From: Eledone cirrhosa
Taxonomy: Eukaryota
Assembly (NCBI GenBank): GCA_964016885.1
Contig: OZ024761.1
Span: 31,186,001-31,250,000 of the forward strand
Length of the DNA stretch: 64,000 nt
Direction of reading: 5' to 3'
Shown here: in pieces, positions 30,219 to 44,910 of the stretch
How the letters are laid out: every line of letters starts with the position of its first letter
Numbering within the stretch: the stretch's first letter is position 1
Position numbers and translations under genes: made by a program
The notes under the pieces: model-generated
Databases searched by the model: none
Seen by the model: only the letters and a program-made list of their open reading frames with translations
What the model was told of the DNA's origin: nothing

Positions 30219-30400
30219 AACAAGTAAGACCCCGACGGCTGAGCTCAAGCCGTTTCGACGGCTAATTCAGAATTAGCCGTCGAAACGGCTTGAGCTCAGC
30301 CGTCGGGGTCTTACTTGTTCCTATTACCCACTCTACTACCCTAAGTATTGAGTACTTTGGTGCGTTATGGTCCACCTGGTTCCTTACCACATTTCCTTCG

Positions 30401-30402
<2 letters not shown>
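29979..30402 (+). mobile_element. Two adjacent fold-back copies of hammerhead family 1
   Basis: 29979-30169 and 30216-30402. Each has an ~53-bp inverted arm, a sense arm and a tail, separated and flanked by (TA)n. Confidence 0.8.
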
Positions 30403-30469
<67 letters not shown>

Positions 30470-30475
<6 letters not shown>

Positions 30476-30526
30476 GTACCCTATTAAATGTATACACACT
30501 TCAACAGCATTTTTTGGGACAGCCTG
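30470..30526. mobile_element. Ultra-short Tc1/mariner-type MITE
   Basis: Ends (C/T)AGGGTGT(A/C)CC ... GGGACAGCCTG at TA. A second copy in opposite orientation lies at 60398-60462. Confidence 0.55.
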
Positions 30527-30764
30527 TATATATATATATAGAGAGAGAGATATATATATATACAGATGTATATATGTATATGTATATATAATATATGTAA
30601 ATATGTATATATATGTATATATATATATGTGCATATCGTCAGTCGATCGACTTTCGTCAAATCGGACCGAGGAAACAATGTTTCCGTTGGTCTTTCCAAT
30701 TGCTAATACTATCTATCGGGCGCAACTCCAGGTAGAAGGAGCAACGTGAAATAAAGTGTCTTGC

Positions 30765-30805
<41 letters not shown>

Positions 30806-30831
30806 ATATATATGTGTATATATATTTGATA

Positions 30832-30866
<35 letters not shown>

Positions 30867-30870
30867 GATA

Positions 30871-30916
<46 letters not shown>

Positions 30917-30917
30917 A

Positions 30918-30952
<35 letters not shown>

Positions 30953-31021
30953 TTGATATATATGTGTATATATATATATATGATATATATGTGTGTATAT
31001 ATGTATATATATATATATATA

Positions 31022-31053
<32 letters not shown>

Positions 31054-31056
<3 letters not shown>

Positions 31057-31132
31057 TTTATAGAAGGAGCTTCTACAGGACTAGTACTGTTTCATTCAGA
31101 TGAAATCTTCAGGAAGCTCCTTCTATAAAATA
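31054..31132 (-). ncRNA. Type I hammerhead ribozyme motif (family 2) closed by a 20-bp perfect stem
   Basis: Minus strand: ...GGAGCUUC-CUGAAGA-UUUCAUCUGAAU-GAAA-CAG(UACUAGUC)CUG-UA-GAAGCUCC.... GUA triplet. A degenerate relative lies at 61325-61365. Confidence 0.8.
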
Positions 31133-31779
31133 AAAAAAATTTACTCTGCCATGTATTGAGTACCTTACTTACTGTGGTTATCCCCGACTCAACCCGGGAC
31201 CTACGTATATATATATATATATATATGATATATATGTGTGTATATATGTATATATGTATATATATATATATGATATATGTGTGTATATATATATAACCGG
31301 AGCAAATATCGCAATGCCGTGTGCTCCGGCCCCTTACAAATTCTGTCAATCTATAACCTTTATAAAATAGAAATAACTGTTTCTACTTTAGGCACAAGGG
31401 GAGGGGAAAGTCGATTAAATCGACCCAGTGCATGACTGGTACTTTATTTTATCGACCCTGTAAAGGATGAAAGGCAAAGCAAACCTGCGCAGAATTTGAA
31501 CTCAGAAGTAAAGGGCTATAACTCTATGCTGTAAAGCATGGTGTCCAACGCTCTACCGATACTGCCAATCCAGAAATAAAGATTTTTAATTTAGGCTCAA
31601 TCCAGCAATTTAAGGGCTGGGGAAAGTCAATTAAACCACTCCCGCCAGTACTTCACTGGTACTTTATTTATCGACCCCTAAACAATGACAACAACAATGA
31701 CAACAACAACATTTCACATTACAGTATGTATTGTTAAAGGTCAAAATCATGTTCAACACAGCAAAGCCAGCATCTCTGC

Positions 31780-33270
31780 TGAGGTCAGAAAATATCCGAG
31801 GTTTCAACTATTAATTCTCTACAGAAGGAAATAACTGTATGTGGATAATGAACACAACCACAAGGATATGGTCCGAACGTGGAAGAGCCGAACTCCCCAC
31901 TGTCATCGCCTCCATCTCTCACTCGCCCTCCCCATCTTTCTTTATTATGAACAAATGGGGTCCCACATGCTGGCCTCCCCACAGCCCCGGCTGACAGAAT
32001 GGAGAATGGTAAGGCTGACAGAACGGAGGATGGTAAGGCAGATGTGCTGGAAGAGCCATGACTTCTCGCGAGGCTCAGACCTGCGGCTGGCCAGCTCAGC
32101 GCCTGTAGTGGTAAGTAGGGAGGTCGCCCTAATGCCAAGGACATCAGAAGTCTCCACTGCCAAGGGCAATCGTGGTCTCTGTTAGCGTGCCACCTTTCTT
32201 CTCTGCTTCACAAACAGTCTGTAAAGATTCAATTGAGACTTGATGTCGGCTGTCAAAATGACTCACCATCTCCCTCCTTTAAGAAAGGAGGTAGCCCTAG
32301 AGCCAAGGACATCAGAAGTCTCCACTGCCAAGGGCAATCGTGGTCTCTGTTAGCGTGCCACCTTTCTTCTCTGCTTCACAAACAGTCTGTAAAGATTCAA
32401 TTGAGACTTGCTGTCGGCTGTCAAAATGACTCACCATCTCCCTCCTTTAAGAAAGGAGGTAGCCCTAGAGCCAAGGACACCAGAAGTCTCCACTGCCAAG
32501 GGCACGACCTCCAGCCGGTGGTAAGGTGACACCTCTTCCATATCATGGAGGGTCCTGCAGCAGTTGCACATATCTATGCCCCATGCATCAGTTGCACCTA
32601 CTGCAGCTGCACATAACTAAGGTCTTGCTGCAGTTGCACATATCTAGGGTCCGCATCAGTTGCACATATCCATAGTCCTGCTGCAGCTGCACATATCTAT
32701 GGTCCTGCTGCAGCTGCACATATCTATGGTCCTGCTGCAGCTGCACACATCTATGATTCTACATCAGTTGCACATATCAGCTGCATATATGGATAGTTCT
32801 GCATCAGCTGCACATATGGATAGTTCTACATCAGCTGCACATATTGATAGTTCTGCATCAGCTGCACATATTGATAGTTCTGCACCAGCTGCACATATTG
32901 ATAGTTCTGCATCAGCTGCACACATTGATAGTTCTGCATCAGCTGCACATATTGATAGTTCTGCACCAGCTGCACATATTGATAGTTCTGCATCAGCTGC
33001 ACATATTGATAGTTCTGCATCAGCTGCACATATTGATAGTTCTGCATCAGTTGCATATATGGATAGTTCTGCAACTGCACTTATGAATGGCTTTACTGCA
33101 GTCACTGCACATATAGGTGGTTCTACTGATGCCACTGCACACATGGATGGTTCTACTGCAGTCACATATATGGATGGTTCTAATGCAGTCACTGCACACC
33201 TGGCTGGTCTTGCATCAGCTGCACATATGGAAGGTCTGGCTGCGAATGCACAGATGAATGTATGTGCATC
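31780..33270. mobile_element. Unclassified GC-richer interspersed repeat with internal 168-bp and 27-bp tandems
   Basis: 31870-32000 is a reverse-complement homologue of 26670-26810. 168-bp units start at 32134, 32302 and 32470. 27-bp unit GCACATATTGATAGTTCTGCATCAGCT at 32560-33250. Confidence 0.55.
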
Positions 33271-33871
33271 TATTAGTGTGTGTATGTGTCTATTTGCGTG
33301 TGTCTGTATCTATCTGTGTGTGTGTGTGTGTGTGTTTGTGTGTCTCTATCGATTTTGGAGGACCTGAGAAGCCGCCGATGAGCCACGGAGAGAGACTCAA
33401 CAGATGAAATAATAAAAATAAAAACAACAATATATCATCTTAAGATAATTAATTATTGATTTCTGATTTTGGGACAAGGCCAGTAATTTTGAGCGAGGGG
33501 AAAGTCGATGAAATCGACTCCAATGAATTACTGGTACTTTATTTTATCGACCCCGTAAGGATGAAAGTCAAAGTTAACCACGGCGGGATTTGAACTGAGA
33601 CCGTAAAGGGCCGTAATTCTATGCTGCAAAGCAATAATAATAATAATGGTTTCTTATATAGGCACAAGGCCAGCAATTTGGGGAGAGGGGAAAATCGATT
33701 AAATCAACCCTAGTACGTTACTGGTGCTTTATTTTATCGACCACGTATGGATGAAAAGCAAAGTTAACCTCCGTAGGATTTGAACTTTAATGATAGTAAA
33801 TATAAATTTTTTGATTTAAGCATAAAGTCAACACTTTTGGGGGGAGGGAAAGTGGATTAAATTGAACTTTA

Positions 33872-34063
33872 ATAATAATAATTGTTTCTACTTTAGGCAC
33901 AAGGCCAGCAATTACCCAGTGCATTACTGGTACTTTATTTTATCGACCCCGTAAGGATGAAAGGCAAAGTCAACCCCGGCGGGATTTGAACTCAGATCGT
34001 AAAGGGACGTAACTATGCTGGAAAGCATGGCGTCCGACCCTCTACCCATACTGCCAATCCACC

Positions 34064-34097
<34 letters not shown>

Positions 34098-34377
34098 GTT
34101 TAATTTATTGGCTACAAGGGCCGACATATAGGGGACAATACAAAAGACAGGAGCAGTGGTGGTTTACATATACAACGTGTAAATAATATAAATAACTGTT
34201 TCTACTTTAGGCACAAGGCCAGCAATTACTCAGTGCATTACTGGTACTTTATTTTATCGACCCCGTAAGGATGAAAGGCAAAGTCAACCTCGGCGGGATT
34301 TGAACTCAGATCGTAAAGGGACGTAACTATACTGGAAAGCATGGCGTCCGACCCTCTACCGATACTGCCAATCCACC

Positions 34378-34411
<34 letters not shown>

Positions 34412-34510
34412 GTAATAGTTTCATTTATTGGCTACAAGGGCCGACATATAGGGGACAATACAAAAGACAGGAGCAGTGGTGGTTTACATATACAACGTGT
34501 AAACAATATA
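33872..34510. repeat. ~313-bp tandem duplication (SINE A + (AAT)n + LINE-like tail)
   Basis: Both the SINE and the block ATTTATTGGCTACAAGGGCCGACATATAGGGGACAATAC occur twice with near identity. Confidence 0.85.
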
Positions 34511-34722
34511 AATAACAATAACAAAATAACAATAAAAATACAACAAGGAAAATTCCCGATTTGTGACAGAAATTGTGTAGGTTATGATAAATGTCAGGAG
34601 AGTTACTACAGCAAGAGAAATTGGTAGAACCTCCAAACCTAGGAAAAGGCAGGATTTTTCGCCTCAGATTATATATATTAAGACGTATTCTATATAAAAG
34701 ATAGAAGGAAATGATTTCTTAC

Positions 34723-35051
34723 CGTCGTAATTTCGACTTCTCTTGAACGGTAACTTTCTTCTTCAGTGGTTTCTTTTCGAGGTTAATCATATCACCCACT
34801 GATCCTTCGTTGTTGCGCAGTGCTGGTTTGAGCCGGACATCACGAGAAATGATAGAATCACAGGAGCTGCTCCGAGAGAGATAATCGTTCGAAGTTATCG
34901 ATAAATTTGAATTAATTGAAGAATCCAAACTTCGGAAAGAGCACAAGGAAATTGGTGAAAACCTCCCTACTGTCCACCCTCCTTCAACGTTTGGTATATT
35001 AATTGTCAATGGGGAGGCCATTGCAGCGCGACGTTTCAAAAGAAGAGCCAT
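34723..35051 (-). CDS. Coding exon of an unidentified host gene (Ser-rich, basic C-terminal part); exon 34723-35062
   Basis: Unique, non-repetitive 110-codon ORF. Acceptor CTGCCTACAG| at 35063, AAGATGG start context, donor CG|GTAAGA at 34722. Confidence 0.7.
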
Positions 35052-35101
35052 CTTGGAATTGGCTGTAGGCAGTTTAAAACTATGTGTATGTGTATGTGTA
35101 T

Positions 35102-35139
<38 letters not shown>

Positions 35140-35348
35140 TTACATGTATATATATGTATTTTAAAAAATGTATATGTATTTAAAAAAATGTATATGTATT
35201 TATATGCATTTATATATATATGTGTGTGTATATATATATATGTATATATATATGTGTGTGTATATATATATATGTATATATATATGTGTGTGTATATATA
35301 TATATATGTATATATATATGTGTGTGTATATATATATATATGTATATA

Positions 35349-35380
<32 letters not shown>

Positions 35381-35443
35381 AATGAAAAGTATAGAAATTG
35401 TTGTAGCGAGAAGCTAACAGTATTCCATAACATATATATGTAT

Positions 35444-35525
<82 letters not shown>

Positions 35526-36442
35526 GTGTATATATATATATTCAAAGACGCTTCGGCCAGTTCTTAGGAACTCGGTTCGTTTACATTTAGGAGATTACTT
35601 CAGCTTCGGTTTATAATGATATGAACAAAGTCTATAGGTGATTGCTCCAGAAATGTCAATCATTTACCAACAGATATGTATAATAAATAAACTATTAAGT
35701 GTGTAGTGTTGGTGGTGGTGTTGGTTGTGGTGGTGGTGGGAATTAAATTTAAAAAACAAAAATCCTCCAATGACGTAAGAAATATAAAATTATAGAAAGG
35801 GAAGATTTATATAGTGTTCTTGTTTAAGAAGATTTTTATAGTGTACTTGATTTATATAGTGTTCTTGTTTAAGAAGATTTTTATAGTGTACTTGATTTAT
35901 ATAGTGTTCTTGTACAGTGTACCCAGCTGTAGAAATGAGTTGCGATCCTGACAGTGGCAGTACTTTCAGCTGCACGCATCGAAAGACTGGTGTAGTGGTT
36001 CTGAGAACAATGCGGCTTTGCAGAGGATCAATGACAATAGACAATGGAAAGGCGCTCCCGCTCGAGTTAGAAGAGAACTATTGACCTTCAAGAGAAGCAG
36101 CGACCCCTGATGGTATTCAGCAACCGAAACAAATATGAAGTGCACCAAATCCGATGCCACCTAGGTGCGGCCCTGGTCCTTCTTATTTGCGAGTGTAAAC
36201 TCGGCCAGATTAGATTAGATTAGATTAGATTAGATTCTTGTTTAAGAGATGAAAAGTGCAAGAACTGCAATAATTAAGGTTATAAGAAATAGTGAAGCGA
36301 TCAACTAACTTTGTTAAAAGCCCTCAACTTAGCTTTATATTGTATAAATAACCTCAAGTCCTCACATCAACAATGTAAATCTGATTCAATGATTGAGTTT
36401 TAAAATAATACTTCACAAGCGGAAACTCTTCAATTAATATAT

Positions 36443-36490
<48 letters not shown>

Positions 36491-36503
36491 TTATATATGT
36501 ATA

Positions 36504-36566
<63 letters not shown>

Positions 36567-36600
36567 GTGTGTGCGTGTGAATTCGTGTGTGTGTATATAT

Positions 36601-36637
<37 letters not shown>

Positions 36638-36792
36638 CACACTCACTCATATATGTATATGTATATGTGTGTATGTGTATGATATATATATATATATATA
36701 TAATATATATATATGTATATATATATTTATATATATAATCTTTTAACGGTGGAAGTAGGACATTATGAAACGTTCACATCTGTGTATGTGTG

Positions 36793-36825
<33 letters not shown>

Positions 36826-36858
36826 GTATACATATATCTATACATACACACTCACACG

Positions 36859-36940
<82 letters not shown>

Positions 36941-37339
36941 CATACTTACATACATACACATCTATGCGTGCGTTTGTTTCTATAGAAAGAGCTTCCCACT
37001 ACACACACACACACACACACACACCCTCTCCTCCCTCCCTCCCCCACATCAATATAATTGTTCACATACATTAATTATAATCCATTGGTCAGCTACCCAC
37101 TGAAAGTTGAAGCACCCTTCAGTTGTATACAATATTATTTATGCTGAAAAGTGAATTATTTATCTCTTCTCAACACATCGTATATCCATCACAGGATTCC
37201 TGGTCTCTCGTATATTTAAACAAACTCATTTATTTGCGGTCCTTTCTTTTTAAATATCACATTTTTAAGGGGTCACTGGCTCCTCCCAGCGTTGCTTGGG
37301 ATCTTACAGATTTAGATAATTATGTAATAGTATTTGTAT

Positions 37340-37394
<55 letters not shown>

Positions 37395-37412
37395 CATATA
37401 TATATATACCGT

Positions 37413-37457
<45 letters not shown>

Positions 37458-37518
37458 GTACAAATATATACATATAGCATATATATATATACCGTACAAA
37501 TATATATATACCGTACAA

Positions 37519-37592
<74 letters not shown>

Positions 37593-37616
37593 CGTGTATG
37601 TGTGTATGGATATATG

Positions 37617-37682
<66 letters not shown>

Positions 37683-37696
37683 ATATATGCTATATG

Positions 37697-37727
<31 letters not shown>

Positions 37728-37735
37728 GCTATATG

Positions 37736-37778
<43 letters not shown>

Positions 37779-37807
37779 TATATGTATATGTATATATATA
37801 TATATGC

Positions 37808-37840
<33 letters not shown>

Positions 37841-38061
37841 GCTAGATGTATATATGTATATATATATATATAAACGGAAAAAATGAAACGAAATTTCATT
37901 TCCCACTCTTAGTACGGCTGTACTTAAATATAAGTATGTACACGTACATACATATATGTATACAGACGTACAGTAGTATATATATATATATATATACATA
38001 CATGCACACATATATATATGTACGTATGGATTCACCGAACATTTATTATAATGCTCGGTGT

Positions 38062-38115
<54 letters not shown>

Positions 38116-38135
38116 ATGTATATATATATATATAT

Positions 38136-38334
38136 AGGAAAAAGTATGACCCCGACGGCAGAGCTCAAGCCGTTTCGATGGCTATTTCTGGACAGGGTCC
38201 AGAAATAGCCGTCGAAACGGTTTGAGCTCAGCCGTCGGGGTCATACTTTTTCCTATTTCCTACTCTACTACCCTAAGTATTGAGTACTCTGGTGCGTTAT
38301 GGTCCATCTGGTTCCTTACCACATTTCCTTTGTT
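38136..38334 (+). mobile_element. Fold-back copy of hammerhead family 1
   Basis: Inverted arms 38136-38254 around TCTGGAC-AGG-GTCCAGA, then tail. Lies in (TA)n. Confidence 0.8.
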
Positions 38335-38371
38335 ATTTATATATATATATGTATGTATGTATATATATATG

Positions 38372-38437
<66 letters not shown>

Positions 38438-38518
38438 GTATATATGTATATATATGTATATATATGTATATATATATGTATGTATATATATGTATATATA
38501 TATGTATGTATATATATG

Positions 38519-38558
<40 letters not shown>

Positions 38559-38963
38559 TATGTATGTATATATATATATGTATGTATATATATATATATG
38601 TATGTATATATATATATATGTATGTATATATATATATATATGTATGTATATATATATATGTATGTATATATATATGTATGTATGTATATATATGTATATA
38701 TATATATATGTATGTATATATATATATGTATGTATATATATATATATGTATGTATATATATATATATATGTATGTATATATATATATGTATGTATATATA
38801 TATGTATGTATGTATATATATGTATATATATATATGTATGTATGTGTATATATATATGTATGTATATATAAATGTATGAATATATATATATGCTATATAT
38901 GTATGTATATATAGCATATATATATATATGTGTATGTATAAATATATATGCTATATATATGTG

Positions 38964-39018
<55 letters not shown>

Positions 39019-39152
39019 ATACATATATAGATATAGATATATAGCATATATATATATATGCTATATATATATATATATATATATATATGCTATATATATA
39101 TATATATGCTATATATATATATATATATATATGCTATATATATATATATATG

Positions 39153-39188
<36 letters not shown>

Positions 39189-39211
39189 TATATATATATA
39201 TATATATATAT

Positions 39212-39248
<37 letters not shown>

Positions 39249-39415
39249 TATATATATATATATATGTACTATATATATATATATATACTATATATATATA
39301 TATATATATGGTATATATATATATATATACATGTACTATATATATATATATATATATATATACTATATATATATATATATGGTATATATATATATATATG
39401 CTATATATATATATG

Positions 39416-39469
<54 letters not shown>

Positions 39470-39927
39470 TATATATATATGTATATATATATAAATGATA
39501 TATATATATATTATATATATATATATATGCTATATATATATGTATATATATATATGCTAATATATATATATATATGTATATATATATATGCTATATATAT
39601 ATGTATATATATATATGCTATATATGTATATATATATATGCTATATATATATGTATATATATATATATGCTATATATATATATATATGCTATATATATAT
39701 ATGTATGTATATACATATGATATATATATATATATATATATATGCTATGTATTTGTATATATATATATATATATATATATATGCTATGTATATATATATA
39801 TATATATATATGCTATATATATATATATATGCTATATATATATATGTATGTATATACATATGATATATATATATATATATATATATGCTATGTATTTGTA
39901 TATATATATATATATATATATATATGC

Positions 39928-39985
<58 letters not shown>

Positions 39986-40379
39986 CATACACACACACAT
40001 ACACACACACACAGACACACACATATATATATATATATATAACATTCTTACGCAATAGAATGTGTATTAAACAACATAAGATAAAACAGTTATTATGGTT
40101 TATTTTTTCCTTTCTTTCATTCTTCCTTTGTGATTGATCCGTTATTGATAAAAGGAAATATGCACTCTTATTTGTTTAGAAGCTGCCATTTTTGTCTACT
40201 TGAACCTTTTCTTCTTGTGTATCACTATGAAAATCACGCCACTTACATAATAATATCGGCCTAGTACTTGTAACCCTTTCTATCACAATAGTTTACGACG
40301 GAAACACCTTCTTCATGTTTACTAGGAGATTAATATTAATCTTTTAATTACCGTATATCTAAGGAATGGCAGTACATGT

Positions 40380-41925
40380 GTTATTAACCCTTTCATTACC
40401 ATATTTCTAATGAAAGAGACTGTCTATGTCATTAACCCTTTCATTACTATATTTCTAATGAAAGACACTGTCTATGTCATTAACCCCTTCATTACTATAT
40501 TTCTAATGAAAGACACTGTCTATGTCATTAACCCTTCCATTACTATATTTCTAATGAAAGACACTGTATATGTCATTAACCCTTTCATTACCATATTTCT
40601 AATGAAAGACACTGTCTATGTCATTAACCCTTTCATTATATTTCTATTGAAAGACACTGTATATGTTATTAACCCTTCCATTACTATATTTCTAATGAAA
40701 GACACTGTCTATGTCATTAACCCTTTCATTACTATATTTCTAATGAAAGACACTGTATATGTCATTAACCCTTTCATTACTATATTTCTAATGAAAGACA
40801 CTGTCTATGTCATTAACCCTTCCATTACTATATTTCTAATGAAAGACACTGTATATGTCATTAACCCTTTCATTACCATATTTCTAATGAAAGACACTGT
40901 CTATGTCATTAACCCTTTCATTATATTTCTATTGAAAGACACTGTATATGTTATTAACCCTTCCATTACCATATTTCTAATGAAAGACACTGTCTATGTC
41001 ATTAACCCCTTCATTACTATATTTCTATTGAAAGACACTGTGTATGTCATTAACCCTTTCATTACTATATTTCTAATGAAAGACACTGTCTATGTCATTA
41101 ACCCTTTCATTACTATATTTCTAATGAAAGACACTGTCTATGTCATTAACCCTTTCATTATATTTCTATTGAAAGACACTGTATATGTTATTAACCCTTC
41201 CATTACCATATTTCTAATGAAAGACACTGTCTATGTCATTAACCCCTTCATTACTATATTTCTATTGAAAGACACTGTGTATGTCATTAACCCTTTCATT
41301 ACTATATTTCTAATGAAAGACACTGTCTATGTCATTAACCCTTTCATTACTATATTTCTAATGAAAGACACTGTCTATGTCATTAACTCTTTCATTACCA
41401 TATTTCTAATGAAAGACACTGTCTATATCTTTTCCCCTTTCATTACCATATTTCTAATGTAAGACACTACCTATGTCATTAACCCTTTCATTACCATATT
41501 TCTAATGAAAGACACTGTCTATGTCATTAACCCTTTCATTACCATATTTCTAATGGAAGACACTGTCTATGTCATTAACCCTATCATTACCATATTTCTA
41601 ATGAAAGACACTGTCTATGTCATTAACCCTTTCATTACCATATTTCTAATGAAAGACACTGTCTATGTCATTAACCCTTTCATTACCATATTTCTAATGG
41701 AAGACACTGTCTATGTCATTAACCCTATCATTACCATATTTCTAATGAAAGACACTGTCTATGTCATTAACCCTTTCATTACCATATTTCTAATGGAAGA
41801 CACTGTCTATGTCATTAACCCTATCATTACCATATTTCTAATGAAAGACACTGTCTATGTCATTAACCCTATCATTACCATATTTCTAATGAAAGACACT
41901 GTCTATGTCATTAACCCTATCATTT
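40380..41925. repeat. 48-bp minisatellite, about 32 copies
   Basis: Unit TTAACCCTTTCATTAC(T/C)ATATTTCTAATGAAAGACACTGTCTATGTCA. Source of the MKDTVYVINPFITIFL ORFs. Confidence 0.95.
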
Positions 41926-42320
41926 AGTTAAAAGCCCGTGATACAAAAAGTGACTTCTGCTCCTCCCTTCAGCAAGACACTTAACTCTGCTATAAAGGGA
42001 TCAGTTAAAAGCTCGTGATACAGGAAGTGGCTGCTGTCCCTCTGTTATTTGTTTAACCGACTTTCAAAGTCAATAAACACGGAATAATGTTCATTGGAGG
42101 CAATCTGTAAAGATCCCCAACAACAGAAACTACAGCAACAACAACAACAACAACAACAACAGCAACAACAACTAAAACCCCAGCAATAACAACCACAGCA
42201 GCAATAACAACTACTACAGCAACAGCAACAACAACAACAACACTAACGATAACAACAATAATAGCAACAACAGCAGCAACAAGAACAACAATAATAATAG
42301 CAACAGCAACAACAATAGCG

Positions 42321-42351
<31 letters not shown>

Positions 42352-42909
42352 CAGCAACAACAATAACAACAACAATGACAGCAATTTCAACAGCAGCAGC
42401 AACAAAAATACTAGCAGCAATAACAAGAACAATAACAAAAACAACAATGGCAGCAATAACAACAACAACAATACCAGCAACAACAACAACAATACCAGCA
42501 ACAACAACATCAATGCCAGCAACAACAACAACAACAACAAAATATAAGATCAAGTTAAGAACTATTTCACCTTCTTACACACGCCGCTGTCCTTTACCTT
42601 CATATAAAAAATCTGATGAAATCACATTTCAACAGATTTATATTAAAATTTAATACCAACAAAGATTTCCTTCACCCTTTAAATCTTCCTGGCCGCTTCA
42701 ATATCAATTGTACCGCCATTACAGATCCCAGATCGTTTCCTCTTACTACGGGAAGAAGTTAAAACAATGTTTTAACTAGTCAATGTTTATCTTCGTAAGG
42801 AATTCGTTTATGTTTAGGCAGTGTCTGATTTAGGACAAATGAGGCCCAGTGCTTGTTAAGTTATGAGGCCCTATACATTTGAAAAATTCATCGTAAACAT
42901 TTTTTGGGG

Positions 42910-43830
42910 CAGGAAATGCGTAACTCGGAGATCAGAGAGTCACTTCATGTAAAGCTGCTACTTCTCCGAATTGAGAGATCACAGCTCCGATACTATGGAC
43001 ATGTGGTTAGAATGTCTCAAGGAAAAATTGCTGAACATATTTATAGCTCGGAGATCAGAGAGTCACTCCAGGTAGAGCTGATACTTCTCCGAATTGAGAG
43101 ATCAAAGCTCCAATACTATTAGCATGAGGCTAGAATGTCTCAGGAAAGAATCACTGGACAGATCTGTAGCTCGGAGATCAGAGAGTCACTCCAGGTAGAG
43201 CCGCTACTTCTCCGAATTGAGAGATCACAGTTCCGATACTATGGACATGAGGTTAGAATGTCACAGGAATGAATCACTGGACAGATTTGTAGCTCAGAGA
43301 TCAGAGAATCATTCCAGGTAGAGCCGCTACTTCTCCGAATTGAGAGATCACAGTTCCGATACTATGGACATGAGGTTAGAATGTCACAGGAATGAATCAC
43401 TGGACAGATTTGTAGCTCAGAGATCAGAGAATCATTCCAGGTAGAGCCGCTACTTCTCCGAATTGAGAGATCACAGTTCCGATACTATGGACATGAGGTT
43501 AGAATGTCACAGGAATGAATCACTGGACAGATTTGTAGCTCAGAGATCAGAGAATCATTCCAGGTAGAGTCGCTACTTCTCTGAATTGAGAGATCACAGT
43601 TCCGATACTATGGACATGAGGTTAGAATGTCACAGGAATGAATCGCTGGACGGATTTTACGGGCGAAACTAACCGGCAAGAGACATAGGGGTAGACCCCG
43701 AGCAAAATGGTTGGATAACATTTATGAGCTTGGCTGGTCACACTTAGGTTATCCACCCGGATCAGTTGGAGACGGTTGCTTCTCACAAGACCCGCTGGAC
43801 TAATTAGCCGAACATACTAGTCTGAACTGA
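42910..43830 (+). mobile_element. RTE LINE 3' fragment with a 123-bp segment amplified six times
   Basis: GAGATCAGAG starts at 42928, 43051, 43174, 43297, 43420 and 43543. Peptide SEIRESLQVEPLLLRIERSQ.RYYGH.VRM then GKRHRGRPRAKWLD. In-frame stops present. Confidence 0.85.
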
Positions 43831-43854
43831 TAACACCCCCCCCCCACACACACA

Positions 43855-43890
<36 letters not shown>

Positions 43891-44058
43891 TATAATAATT
43901 GTTTCTACTTTAGGCACAAGGCCAGCAATTAACCAGTGCATTACTGGTACTTTATTTTATCGACCCCGTAAGGATGAAAGGCAAAGTCAACCTCGGCGGG
44001 ATTTGAACTCGGGACGTAACTATGCTGGAAAGCATGGCGTCCAGCCCTCTACCGATAC

Positions 44059-44175
<117 letters not shown>

Positions 44176-44183
44176 TATACATG

Positions 44184-44283
<100 letters not shown>

Positions 44284-44292
44284 TATAGAGAG

Positions 44293-44346
<54 letters not shown>

Positions 44347-44380
44347 ATGAATAGTTACTCCTTCATTACGTTTATTGGTT

Positions 44381-44465
44381 GGTGACGCACGTTTCGCTAC
44401 TGATCAACTCAAGGTTCGATCTGTATCGATCTGGCCCGACTCTGGAATCAAAAGCTCGTCGCACC
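44381..44465 (-). ncRNA. Degenerate hammerhead-like motif
   Basis: GGU-GCGACGA-GCU...AGC-GAAA-CGUGCG-UC-ACC followed by AAUAAA. Positions 3-4 of the core are altered. Confidence 0.4.
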
Positions 44466-44815
44466 TCTGTAGTAGTAATGTCATATATATATATATATAT
44501 TAGGTTTAATCAATACATATCAAATATATATCGATAATGTTTCTCAGTAAAAAGCTCAATAAACTTCTGTTCAGAGCATCTATAATATAAATAATTGTTT
44601 CTACTTTAGGCACAAGGACAGCAATTACCCAGTGCATTACTGGTACTTTATTTTATCGACCCCGTAAGGATGAAAGGCAAAGTTAACCTCGGCGGGATTT
44701 GAACTCAGAATGGCAAGGGCCGTAACTCTATGTGTCAAAGCATGGTGTCCGACCCTCTACCGATACTGCCAATCCACCGCCTTATAATATAAATAATATA
44801 ATATATTTGTAAACG

Positions 44816-44910
<95 letters not shown>

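Noticed and set aside
40410-41927. MKDTVYVINPFITIFL repeat protein
   Set aside because: Explained by a 48-bp period. Internal stop at ~41460 and no unique coding flanks.
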